64,000 nucleotides of DNA from Tubulanus polymorphus. Taxonomy: Eukaryota > Animalia > Nemertea. A program made the translations under genes and the position numbers. Under the pieces are notes generated by a model. The model was not told the origin of the DNA and did not search any database. It saw nothing but the letters and a program-made list of their open reading frames with translations. This document shows, piece after piece, positions 38,512 through 51,368 of the stretch (its first letter is position 1; every line of letters starts with the position of its first letter). Location of the stretch: the NCBI RefSeq assembly GCF_964204645.1, contig NC_134032.1, positions 3,868,175 to 3,932,174 on the forward strand, in the 5' to 3' direction.

Positions 38512-40733
38512 CAGTCATTGTATGTATGTATATATATATTGTGACCGCGGATTATAAGGGTTACACAGCCTCGAGACAGGATATCAGTGATATTCTCTAC
38601 TAAAAGATTTTGCTGATCTTTATATTTTCTAAGGATGTATTCATAATCAGTGGAGTTATAGTTCGCACATATAACACTTGACTGTACACCCACGTGTTTA
38701 CCAGGTAGTGACGTCATCTGGTTGGTGCGAAGTTTGTATCTACCCGTTTACTGATCATCAATGAATCGATTATTTCTACATGTAGCCGCGTGACATCATC
38801 GTTGATATTGGTCAGTTTTGCCTGCATCTCTTCAAGTTGTTGCTCAGTACACAACCGGTTCAGCCTCTCTTCAAGTTGTTGTTCAGTGCAGCACCGGTCC
38901 AGCCTCTCTTCAATTGTTTTTTAGTGCGTTTCAATTGACAGAATTGATTTTCTAAATTATCTTGAAACTGTCTGACATCTTCTATAAAAGAACCATGTCG
39001 TTCATCAATGTCTGGTCGAACTGTTCGGGCTTCACTGGAGATCGGCACACCTACTAAATTTACTTTATACTAATTATGTGCCTGTTTTGAAGCCCCGACA
39101 CTAATGAATGCGGGGCTTGTTGAAGATGTGTGTTTGAGTTTCGCGCTGTTTCATCGTCTGAGCATTTAACGATAAACACTGAATCGCTGGGCAGTGATTA
39201 AACCCGATATGATGACTCGGTATCCCTACACCCGGGGGCGCTTTCCTCCATTCCAATTTTACCTGAAATTGAAAGGAAGTTATTTTACTCTCACATTTAT
39301 GGCTAGCTAGTAGACCTGTCGAAGATACCGTGCCATCCAAATGCAGGAATTACTTTTAGTACTTAATGAAATACATTTCACGATCGAAGTACGTAATGAA
39401 ATTTGTTTTTGATGATACCATTTTTGCTTGATTCTCGACCTCATTACCAATTCATCATCGGGGTCAAGGTTAACTAAATCCTTAACACTATATTTGTTTT
39501 AAACATTTAACCAATTCCTTTTGGTTGAATTTGATCCAGCTTCACAGTTGACCTCAGTGTAAGCTTTCGTTGATAATAAACCCTGTTCCACAGTTGCGTG
39601 GATTGGGTTTTTCGTAGGGTGTCTGTTGAATTTGTCTCTCGATCCAGTTCCACGGTACTGTGGGTTTTATCCGACTTGGAAGCCAGTTTTTACAGTCGTG
39701 TGGATTTAATTTGATTTAAGATCCATTTCCACTGCTGTTTTGATTTAATTATATTCTGAACCGGCCAGTTCCACAGTTTTGTGGTTTTCATACGACGTGG
39801 TAGAAAACGATCAATTGTTAACTACATAACACAGGGTCTTGAATATCGATGAAATATATCAGACGAAATCGTTTCGTATTTCACCCGTTCCCACTCCGGA
39901 TTCAAGTAGTAAAACACACACGACAAGCTGATCGAAAATTAAAGAGAAAAGTAAATAGTGTATGAAATATCAAAGTGTAAAAGTCACAAATGAATTTTCT
40001 ACATAAGGATCCTATATCAAATGCAGCGACCAAACTTAGACCCGAAGGCAAAACTGTAAGTAGATATGTAGAAACATGCGTAGAGCGAAATTGTTAAATA
40101 GCGTCTAATAAAGTAGCATATTCTAAGTATTTCTAGATTTTGATGTAAGCAGCGTAAAATTAATAACTGATTGATCTTACATGTTAACCAGAAATGCAGA
40201 TAAACCGTTATGGATGCTTTGCATTATATATATTACAAAAATCTTCCTGATACAGCATTATTTCAAACCTATGACAAAAAGGTTTATTCACAGACCCTAT
40301 TGAAATCTGTCGAATAATCAGAATTTGAAATTTACCAAAAGGCCGAATGGGTAATATAATGAATTCATATTCTAGACGACGAAATGCTTGCTTATTTGAC
40401 GCATCGTATGATTGCTATTGTAATGGTTGTGGTCAGTACTGTGTCATTTTCAAAAGGTGAGGAACTACTTAGAAAATAATGCACAATTTCATGGGACGTC
40501 AAATACGTACAGCATGGATTTAAATAAAGTACCTGTAGCAGGTATCAGGAAATATTTTGTAGAAGTTAATCGATTGAACGGACTCATTTGATGAATTGCA
40601 TTCTACGGGTAATATTACATACATATATTCTGGAAAGAAAATTCATTTGATTGACGTGAAATATTTTTCTTATATACATATTTCCTTAATTCGTGTATAT
40701 TTGTGCTTTCCTTAAATGGTCGAAACTAACATT

Positions 40734-41080
40734 GGGGTACCCGCAGTACTACTGTGGCAATCGAGGATTCCACCCATGGCAGGCGAGGATCCGCCAGGTT
40801 TGCTAGTAGATAGTAGGTCATCCGCGTTCAATTTCCCTCTACATTTCAATTAAATCTGAATGAAGATTTCCCTTAATATGAATCAATTATTTATGGAAAC
40901 TATATCCACATCTGATTAGAAGAATGAAAGTATTTGATAATTGATGAGTCCGGTGATAATATATGGATTGATGTGTCTAAAATCCAGTTTAAGGTGTATT
41001 AAAAATGAACTAATCTTGACAACGAGCAACCTACTGCTCGTCACTCCATCTAATGGGATAGCTGATTTTGCGGTTACCCC
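40734..41080. mobile_element. MITE with GGGGTACCCGCA-like TIRs (multi-copy in the window)
   Basis: Ends GGGGTACCCGCA and GCGGTTACCCC flanked by ATT. Related copies lie near 25230-25400, 42010-42140, 56086-56356 and 58850-59010. Confidence 0.7.
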
Positions 41081-42173
41081 ATTGACTAGCATCCCCATCG
41101 TAAGTCCTTTGTCCAACTATCTCTTACATTCAAGTAAAACCGGTTTTCACTTCATAATTTTACTTTCAATTAAGTACTTTTTTCAATAACAGGTTGCTTA
41201 CTGAGAGGATCCTGTGGCGCTGGTTCCGAGTGTTGCAGCGGCAAATGTAAATTTGGAAATTGTTACTAATCGTTGATAAGGGATATACGTACTTGTGGTG
41301 GATTGGGAGATATGCGTACGATCATGAAACTGAACAACGGTATCAAAGGTTACTTAAGAAAATGTTCCAATCGAATTTATATTTGTAACCGAGTCGGTAG
41401 ATCTCCTGATATAATTGAAATCAATGAAACTGCGAGTAAATAAACCAATGATCGATACACTGTTAAACATTTATCGGTGAAGATATCAAAGTATTTAGGA
41501 TGCGCTGTTCCACGTTTTACAAAATGTTTAAATCTCTGATCAGAAAACATGAGGTAGCGCCGGGTCTTAAGTGTTTTTTTAATAACTTACCAAGAAATCC
41601 CTTTTGTGTACTGTTGTTTAATCCCTTCGCAGAAGAACCGGCAAAGATTTGTCGGCACACGCCGGGTCTTCTCCGAATTATTCTTCACTAACATGGCATA
41701 CTTGCCATATTTGTTACCCATTTAGTTATTAACTCTTCACCCACGGTGGGGCGAACCCTGAAGACGTGGTAGCCCCTTATGGATCACGAAATATTGAGTT
41801 TACTGGACATGGTACTTGTAGATCGTTTCAGTTTCACGGAGTGTATTAAAATGACAGGTCATTAATACCGGTACCAGTGGCGTTGTATGTATGTTACATG
41901 ATGTTTTTACATGTACACAGTATGGCGTGAGTCAATGAAAAGTGATACGTTCATGCGGCAGCGATGATACCATACTCAAATAGATCTCTATTATTGGAAG
42001 ACTGCAGACAATACCAGCCAATGTGAGCTCCTGTGATAATGTATGGATACGAAAGTCAAAAATCAATCCAATTCAAGTTCATTATTTTGATAACGGACGA
42101 AGGCCACTGCTTGTCACGCCATCTGTTGGGATAGCTGTAACTTATTCGATATTTAGTATTTAAATGAACCTAC

Positions 42174-42488
42174 CTTGTAGTACTCGGTTTTGCCATTGGT
42201 GGTGCTGCACGCGTAGACGATGGTGACGTCATACAGATAACAATGTCCTCCGTTGAACGAGATGGCTGTACATTTCTGATCATTCATACAATCAGCTCCG
42301 CATTTACATTTCTGTTCGCGATCACGTGGTTTTTTCGCCCAGTTTTGTGAGATTTTCTCGCTTCGTTTGTCGCCTCTCAAACATTCTGGCAGTCGAGTGA
42401 ATTGTTGAAAGCGGAACTCGGTTAAAACCTCATAGGTGACGACGAAACAGAAAACACCGACCAGTAAAATGTTGATTGAGTTCATGAT
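42174..42488 (-). CDS. Exon of a secreted PAN/Apple-domain protein (paralogue 1)
   Basis: Signal peptide MNSINILLVGVFCFVV, CGADCMNDQKCTAISFNGGHCYLY, then donor YYK|GTAGGT. Confidence 0.65.
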
Positions 42489-42817
42489 CGTGTTTGATGA
42501 AATTCTCATGAATGTGGCGGCTGACACAAACTACTGATAGTATGTATTCATAAAAACTGGACTCGCCTCTGAAGATCTGATGGTTTTTTAACAGATCATG
42601 TCATATATGAATAAAAATTTCATTGGCTTTTTCATAAAATATTCAACACTACCCAAATGCATCTCTATGAATGAGTGAATGAATGAATGCTTTATTCTCT
42701 AATTACAAATAATTAATATACACACATAAATACAATTTGAGAAAAGGACATCTCCAAGCCGGGGGCTGTACCATAAGGGGAGATGCCCTGTAACTATTAT
42801 ATGATAATGAATACTAT

Positions 42818-43200
42818 AATAATGAAGTAATGATAATAATGATAACAATGATGATGATGATGATGACGACGACGACGACGATAATGATAATGACAATCAT
42901 AATGATAATAACAATAATAATGATAATGATGATAATGACAATCATAATGATAATAATGGTAATGATAATAATGGTAATGGTAATGGTAATGGTAATAATA
43001 ATAATAATAATAATTATAATAATAATTATAATAATAATAATAATTATAATAATAATTAAAATAATAATAATAATAATAATTATAATAATAATAATAATTA
43101 TAATTATAATTATAATTATAATTATAATTATAATAATTATAATAATAATTATAATTATAATAATTATAATTATAATTATAATTATAGTTATAGTTATAGT

Positions 43201-43254
<54 letters not shown>

Positions 43255-43632
43255 TATTATTATAATTATAATTATAATTATAATTATAATTATAATTATA
43301 ATAATTATAATTATAATGATTATAATGATTATAATGATTATAATGATTATAATGATTATAATGATTATAATGATTATAATGATTATAATGATTATAATGA
43401 TTATAATGATTATAATGATTATAATGATTATAATGATTATAATGATTATAATGATTATAATGATTATAATGATTATAATGATTATAATAATTATAATAAT
43501 TATAATAATTAAAATAATTATAATATCGATAATAACGATAATAACGATTATAATATTAATAATAATTGATAATATTAATAAAATTGATAATAATTATACT
43601 TATTATAATAATTATAATTTTAGTTATAATAC
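42818..43632. repeat. Compound trinucleotide microsatellite (AAT/ATG/ATT, 9-mer ATAATGATT)
   Basis: Low-complexity array. Confidence 0.98.
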
Positions 43633-45462
43633 ATAAGTTCTGAAGTGCTTTTTGATGTTCTTCATTTACTTCGAGTTAGTTAATACCAAACTTTTAATGT
43701 AAGGTTATCCACAGTGCCATAATTGGTATGTGACAAATGGCGGAAAATTGGATAACCAACCATCGTTTGGTATATCGGCGCCTTAAAAATTTGATGGATT
43801 GACATGCGCGCATCGTTAACGTACAAATCGCCGTTTGTGCATCTCAGTGAAACCCATTCCCCTTGCCGAATAAACTATCATCGATTCGATACTTTAGTAT
43901 CTTTTTCTCCGGAAATTGCCCACACTCAACTTTACGTCCACTGTGATACAACAGCAAGTATTTCTTCATGTTAACCGATCCGGCACCAATTCCACCGACT
44001 AATAGAGAAATCGAATAGCTTTTTATCTTGATGGGTTTCTCTCTGTCTCCAAAATACAATTTCAGATATTTAATCGGCGAGTTTACAGCTTGGCTGTTAT
44101 TAGCACCTTCGACCAGTGTGAGTTTCACCTTGTTCCCTTTTTCATGATCATACGCCGTCATATTGGCTCCCTCTCCGTACACGATTCCACGTTCAGTATC
44201 GACTTTCTCTCAAAATCGAAGAAATAACAAAGTTTGCGCAGATTTGGTCACACGACTTCATCAGCTGAAATAAGAACATATACCGCGCATCAGTTTGAGA
44301 TGTTATAAATGCGGTTCAGTGAACTAGTGGTTTGTACGGTGTGGCTGATCAGGACAATCGTGTACAATTCCACAATTCCTGCTATGCATATGGGGACACC
44401 AGAACGCTCGCTAAAACAAAAGAAAACGCCGAATCTTTCTTAAAAAGTCCGTTTAGGCGCGGCAAAACTAAGAACGTCCCGTTTTGGTAACAGTGTCGTC
44501 TTGAGATATCATAAAAGCGCCTTGGCCGACTGGTTTGAGGTATCCCCTTTCCAGATTTGTGGGTTAGAATCATGCATAGTTTACGGCAGATTTCGTGTGT
44601 AATTCATCCCCTTTGATTACCGCGATAACCAGATGCAAATATTATAGGCGAATAACTTACTGTTTTTGCTACACATGGATTTACTGCTGCTGCTATGGCT
44701 GTGACTGCTGCTGCTGCTGCTTCGGTTGCTGGGACTCGTATTGGGAGTGGTCGGTCCATCATCTCTCTTCTTAAAGAAATGTTAATAATAAAACGTATTA
44801 ATTCACGAAATCATTTTGCATTAAGAGACGGAAACGTAATGTTTTATTGTTTTCATGTATTTACTTATCAATCTATTATCGTGACTTGTACATCACATAT
44901 TAATACATAGATTTAGAACCCACCCCTAATAGAGACTTATACGGTACAGCCTAGATAAAACCTCCCTTGTGGCTGCGACTAAATCGCGACTAAGTATTTT
45001 GGTGCGTCCACAAAGCTAACAAAAGAGACGCGCCTTAAGCGCGTCTCTCGCTGCAAAAATCGCGACTTAAACGCGTTCTACAAAAAGACGCGTTCGCGAT
45101 TTTGCGCGTTTCGTTCTGGCGAGCCAATCAGAGTACACGACGTTGTTAAGGCGAAAGATAATTAATTCCTTGTTTCTCATTTCGGGCATCCGGTCGCCCA
45201 CGTAGGAACTACCCCATTCCTTACATAGCTTCCCTATACGTAGGCCTGTCGTCGGAACAACAAAAACAGACCTGAAATATAGAAATTAACTGACTGCAAA
45301 TTTGATTACAGTTCATACTCAATAGATGTACACGTACCCGGCCGAGTAGGAGAAACAATTAGTAACATTTTTTGCCTTAACGCTCCTGTTGCATTGGCCG
45401 CTTACCGCGCACACTTGTAAGAGTTACGCAGTAGGGCGAGGACGCGCACGCAGAAAAAAAGA

Positions 45463-48400
45463 ATGGAGAATATTGTACAGGCCTGGGATCCGGTAACTGG
45501 GGTATGGTATTCGGCACTCGCCACCCCCAAAGATGACTCCGATGGTTTGTTCGCGGTTAAATTCTCAGGATTTAAAGGGAAACACAGGGAAGCGATTCTC
45601 GAAAAAAGTAAGTCATGGGTACAATCGTAGACCTACTCGTCACGGTTCAGGTGGGCTTGTTTGATGTGATAGCATGTGTAGGGTTTTTGTTGGACAGGCG
45701 ATGAGTGCGGGCGATTGTAGTGCCTAATCAACAAGCAACTTGATTGGCCAGGTCTGCATTATACATACAGTATTTGGGATTCGAACCGTACTACGTACGT
45801 TTATTGTTACTTCGTGGGAATTCCCTGTAGAGGGCACTGGTATTCGCTCGAGGCTATCCTTCCGACGATTTGATTTGTTTTTGAAAATTTCAGGAAATGA
45901 CCAATTACCGGGTAATTTTAGTTCTTTTAGCGGATAAATTGGCTAAAGAATATGAACACAAGGTATTTCTTAGTCTAGTATCTAGCCATTGTTCCTGAAA
46001 CAACGTCTAGGGCCAGGCAAAGTGTCATATAGAGGTTAATTTTTGTCCCGAATTTTTACTTGGACGACCGAAGCTTTGAGCATCTATTTCAGCCCTTAAA
46101 ACACAATCAACTTCCCTCAAACTTACTGTTCTTTAAACCGATGGATGTTGACTGTTGTTTTGGCATACATTTATAATCCAAAGTATGTTTTGATGACAGT
46201 AGTAACTAAAAACATTTGGCTAGTCGCCTCAAAAAACTGTTGAAGTGACAAACATGGCAGCATTGAGGGCAAAAACCGTAATGTTTCCAATGTCTCCATT
46301 TTTAACGCATGCGCATGATGTATGTGTTGGGAAAATTCTCTGAAATTCTCTAAGTCCAGAAAGCAGTCGAGTGCGCAGGCGTCACTACATGTCATTGAAT
46401 GTCAGTTTTTCAAAAGTGGGTCATGTTAGTACGCTGCTGAAATGAACCTGCGTGAACTTTTTTTAACTGGATGAGGTATTCTTTTTTTAACTTACAAAGT
46501 TCCGATAAACAATTGGCCATTAAGGACCAGTATTGGCGGGCGTGACGCTTTACTATATAAAAATAACAAGGCATGAAACGTATTTGCCTGTGAGTGTATT
46601 GATGCGGTGGATACCACTGCGCATGCGCAGCAACTTTCTGAGCTCTCGTGAGCTGTCAATCAAAGTATGTAGCAGATATTATAGTTTTCTTTTTATGTCA
46701 ATACAAAAATTATTGATTTTCTTATCTATGTAATTCTACTAATTGTATTCGTGTGACAGAATTTTTAAAATGAAAAATCAATTGAACTTGAACTGATCAT
46801 GAACTTCGGAAAGTTGCTGCGCATGCAGCAAGGTATTTCTGTATTATTTCAAATTTATTTGCTGTTTAAATTTTAGTGCCATTCTCGCGAGATTATCAAC
46901 AACCCCAAAGTAAAATCCAAGCCAGTTTACAAGCCCCTGTGTTATAAATCGGTGTTTGTTGCGGTTAGAAATGAAAACTTAGCCAATCAGAAGTACAACT
47001 AGGGAATTTCTCATTTACTTTTAGATCACATTAGAGAGCCAGAAGAAGAAAGATTGATCGCAAGGAATACACTCAAAGTGAATAGATTAGACCTGGCAAG
47101 ACTCCTCAAAGATGATGGCATCACCTACCGCCGGGAGGATGATTCGCACGATATGCACGACAAAATTATATCAAACGATCCGTTTAAAGGTGAAGTAATT
47201 CTTGCTTCTTCAATCAGGGAATCAGTCCCTTACGAACGAATAAAAACTATTGTCGGAAAGTCTGGGACAACAAAGACTAACAGCAGATATAATGATTTCT
47301 ACACCATCGATGAAGAGGATGCACTTTACACTAGCAGTGCAAAACTAAATCAACCCCCCAAAAAGAAGAAGAAGGTAGGATGCTGCTTAAGTTAAAAGGC
47401 ACGTGTTTTTCATCTCAATGAATTTATTGCCGATTAGACCACCTAAGTCGCAGCGGGGCATTGCATTCACTTTTCGTCCGTTCATCTGTGCAGACGGAAT
47501 TCCAGTTATTTTCCGAAGTTTTGTTCAATGGATTGGCTTGATTTAGTTTAGCCATTCCCCGAACTCCTTGACCTCAGGAGTCGTTGGAGTCGTTACTAGC
47601 AGACCAGAATCAGTTCGGGCCAATCACAGTGCTTGTAGGCCTTACAAACGACATAAGCTTCTGTTGGAATTCCCGTTAAATGGACCAATCAGCGAACATT
47701 TAACCAAACAACAAAGTATTTTGCAAATCGATATATGACGTCATGCGCAAAAGCAGCAGTAATGAAATCATTCGTCGTGAGGCCAGGGGGCTGGTGGAAG
47801 CGAGTTTGTGGAGTGAATGTATTACATTATATAGAATTTATTTATTGATATTTGTATTAATTATGTAACAAAAATCAGTTGCAAAATTGTAGCGCATGAC
47901 ATATTCTCTCGTTGTTGTGAGTTTCAAGGTCATTTGTCCATTCTTAAAACTTTTAGCCCTGCTGCAACTGAAGTTCAGTGGAGCTGATGGGTTTGGTAGA
48001 TCATCCGTTGTCGTCCGTCCGTCAACTTTTGCTTCAATTTGGTACTAGTGCTACAGTTCGTTTCTGATCTTGATCAAACTGTATGAAGCTAAAATAGGCC
48101 AAGCACTAAGTAGTTATCAGAGATGCTAGTTTTCCGGAAATATCCGGAATTCTGGAAATTTAGGATCGCCGATGTCAATTCCGGAAATTTGGTGAGAATT
48201 CCTCGCGGCGACCAGTAATGGCACGGACCGTAAAAGCGTTCGTTTGCTTGTACTCGTCGTCGCTTCTGTGTTATTTTATCTTGGTCTCCGTTTCCGAGGA
48301 TGTTCTGCTACAATGTATGTGCTTGTGGTGGTATCTGTGCGTGCGTAGGTGGAGCGCCACTGTTGTGACGCCATTTCCAATTATCTTTACGCACCGTTGT

Positions 48401-50565
48401 ACATTGTCCCGCTGACGGCCAACAATGTGAAGATGCACGTGGTAATAATTAAGATGATATTTAATAAATATCATCTTAATTATAACCATGCGCGTGCTAT
48501 GTCCTGAGGCACGCAGCTTTGTAACTTTCTTTTTGCCTGCAGCTGTCAAGCGGGACGGTCTGCAAAATGAGCACGCACGGAAAGATTGTCAGTCGGGAGT
48601 CTGCCGATATAAAGGCAATTGACAGCGGTATAAAAAATAAATTTAACTGGCACTGGCTAGAGTGTAAGGACAGTAACGGGGACTACTTATCGAACTACAT
48701 TCGTAAGTTAGACTTAGCTGGCGTGGCGTACTGCGTCGTTTGTAAAGACCAGGTCAAATACGGTAGTGGCGGGAAAAAAGATATTCTTCGTCACCCGGAT
48801 AGCGCGCGGCATAAGAAGGCAGCGAGGGATGTGAAGCACAACGAATGCCTGCCGTCGTATTTTCAGATGAAAGATGCCGATCGTGATACTGCATCTCCGG
48901 TGATGCAAAAACGCAAAATTTTTCCTGGGGGAGAATTTTTCTGACCCCCCGTTCTAAATTCCGGAATTTTGGTACTTTGGCCCTAGCATCTCTGAATTAT
49001 AGAGCCGTTTTCCCCACTTGACCTTTAGGGGGCGCTGTACAGGTGGGACATAAAATCTTTATAATACCACTGGTCTTACAATTATTAATCTTAATCTTAA
49101 TCCTTTCAGTACTGACCATATACCCACCCACCATACATAGCAGAAATAGAAATTTTTTGTAATTTTACTAAAACCCCTGGGGCAAGTTTTATAGACTTGT
49201 ATTAACTATAACCCGGGGTTTACTCAATTCATTTACAATGAGTTAACCCCTTGGTTAAAGTTGATACCACTATAAAACCGAGCCCTGGTATACAGATACA
49301 GAAGTGTTATGAAAGGGGTACTATATATGATTGTGGTGAGTTGTAAGGTCATTGCTTTCTTAATATAATCACCAGGGGGCGTAGAATATTGAAATATTCA
49401 CCAAGTTTCTGATTGTTTAGCATTTCAAACCACTTCCATGGACTCGGCGTCCTTGAAACCATAGTTATTTAAATTTGCAATGGATATACATGTACATTGG
49501 ATTCTTAGCATATCATTTTAATCAACTTCCCAAGTGGACACAGTGGCCCTGCACCCGTAATTAATGACCTATATTATATCATTGCGTCTGTGTTATTTTT
49601 AGGTGTCGATTGTGGCAAGTGGCAGTGCTGATACTTCATCTGTTACAGAAGAAGATATCAAGAAGATGATACTGCAAGATAGCCCCCTTAAAGTTAATCT
49701 CTCAGAAACGGAGCTAAAACAAGTAAAAACTAAAGTTGAGGATTTCCAAAACAAGAGCAATGACGTGCAGATAATAAATCAACTTAAGGTCACCAACTCA
49801 AAAATGGATTTATTACTGGAAATTGGGCAAAAATGTCTTGATATTGTGTCTAATTCTAAAAATATATCGTTGCCAGATCCAAGAAATCAATCAGCAGATG
49901 AACCATCTGTAGAGTCCGATTTAGGATCAGATTTCGATTTTGGTGACTCCCTCTTAGATATTCCGCCTTTCCTATCTATAACCACAAAGCCATCAACTTC
50001 AACTACTCATACAAGTAGTATCCCGACGCAGTATCCCGGTAGTTGTATTAATTTTTCTTCCCCAAACTATTGTCACGCGAGCACACCATTTGCACCATTA
50101 CACACAAATGATAGCAATAATTCGGAAGTTATCTTAGAATCTCTGAGTGAGTCATCATCAACAATCGATAGGTCTGGTCCTAATGAAGAAAATCATTTCA
50201 ATATCGGGATGATCTCTTATACGCCCAATCATTCGTCAATAATCAAAAGTTTAGATTCGAATTATGAATATATTTCACCTGAAATTTTGAAGATTATGTT
50301 CGACAAAAGTAAACATTCTAGAACGGCATTTGTTGCTAAACTGACAACAATTTTATTTCCAGATGTCAGTAATATCGTCAATAGAAATGTAAATGGCTTA
50401 CAGCGTAAGGCAAAATTAGATGATAGAAAAATAGCATACATCAAAGAAAAATGTTTTAGTTACTTCCCATGTCCACCAGCTACTATGGAGATAGTGTGGA
50501 AAGAGTGTGTAAAAGCTATCGATCGAACAAATCGTCAGCGTTTGAGAAATTTGGTAAAATGTTAA
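45463..50565 (+). CDS. Three-exon Tudor-like / NLS / coiled-coil / BEN-domain protein, 485 aa (exons 45463-45607, 47025-47374, 49603-50565)
   Basis: GT-AG introns join in phase 1 and phase 0 without stops. VQAWDP.TGVWYSA...FAVKFSGF...HIRE barrel; PPKKKKK|V; BEN motif FVAKLTTILF...NVNG...LDDRKIAYIK...WKECVKAID. Confidence 0.78.
48118..48994 (+). mobile_element. Internally deleted hAT-like element with a zinc-finger ORF fragment (48567-48944)
   Basis: 12-bp TIR CAGAGATGCTAG; flanks AGTTAT/AATTAT; AYCVVC...DILRHPDSARH finger typical of hAT N-termini. Confidence 0.75.
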
Positions 50566-50840
50566 ACTTTCCATTTAAATGTGAAGCGAAAATTTTCAGA
50601 TAGTGTGCCTGAATGGGTAAACATAGATGAATAGAGTTATCAGGCAAGGCTGCTTGTTTTAGTAAAAAGCTTTTTGATATTTTAGTAAAAAGCTTTTTGA
50701 TATTTTAGTTCTCTTTCATATGAGGTTTTTATATACATCTAGGGGCCAGTTGCTCAAAAGTTGGTTAAAGATAACCGGCGGATAAATAATAAAGTAACAA
50801 TAAACTTTTATTTGTCATTATGTCAACAATCCACTTGTTA

Positions 50841-50990
50841 GGGGTCATTCATTTATTACGTACGCATTAGGGGAGGAGGGAGGGGGAGGGGTCAGTGCAA
50901 TTGTGTACTGTAATGGCCGATTTTGCTTACAGAGGGGAGGGGGGGTTGAAAAATTCAAATTTTATGGTTACGTAATAAATGAATGATCCC
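50841..50990. mobile_element. PIF/Harbinger-type MITE nested in another MITE (about 50742-51023)
   Basis: TTA TSD; TIR GGGGTCATTCATTTATTACGTA. The outer MITE has TIR GGGGCCAGTTG..CAAAAGTTGGTTAAAG. Confidence 0.85.
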
Positions 50991-51368
50991 TTAGCTTTAA
51001 CCAACTTTTGAACAACTGGCCCCAGGTATTGCCTTATGAAATTAATTATTATCGTTCTATTTACTTCCCATGTCCACCAGCTACTATGGAAATAGTGTGG
51101 AAAGAGTGTGTAAAAGCTATCGATCAAACAAATCGTCAGCGTTTGAGAAATTTGGTAAAATGTTAAACTTTCCATTTAAATGTGAAGTGAAGACTTTCAG
51201 ATAGTGTGCCTGAATGGGTCAACATAGATGAATAGAGTTATCAGCCAAGGGCTGCTTGGTTTGGTAAAAAGCTTTTTTATATTTGAGTTCTCTTTCATAT
51301 GAGGTTTTTATATACATCTATGGGCGAGTTGCTCAAAAGTTGGTTAAAGATAACCGGCGGATAAATAA

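Noticed and set aside
38550-39340. Possible coiled-coil/NACHT-like pseudogene on the - strand (EERLDRCCTEQQLEERL...VTLIIRG)
   Set aside because: Broken by stops and cut by the microsatellite before any Walker A motif; too weak to call.
42830-43636. 268-aa poly-Ile/Met ORF
   Set aside because: Translation of a trinucleotide microsatellite.
43844-44760. Possible host exons on the - strand
   Set aside because: No recognisable domain and no consistent spliced frame found.
47354-47395. Polybasic + CaaX-like ending KKKKKVGCCLS of ORF 47054-47395
   Set aside because: A donor (AAG|GTAGGA) at 47374 splices in frame to 49603, so GCCLS is probably intronic read-through.
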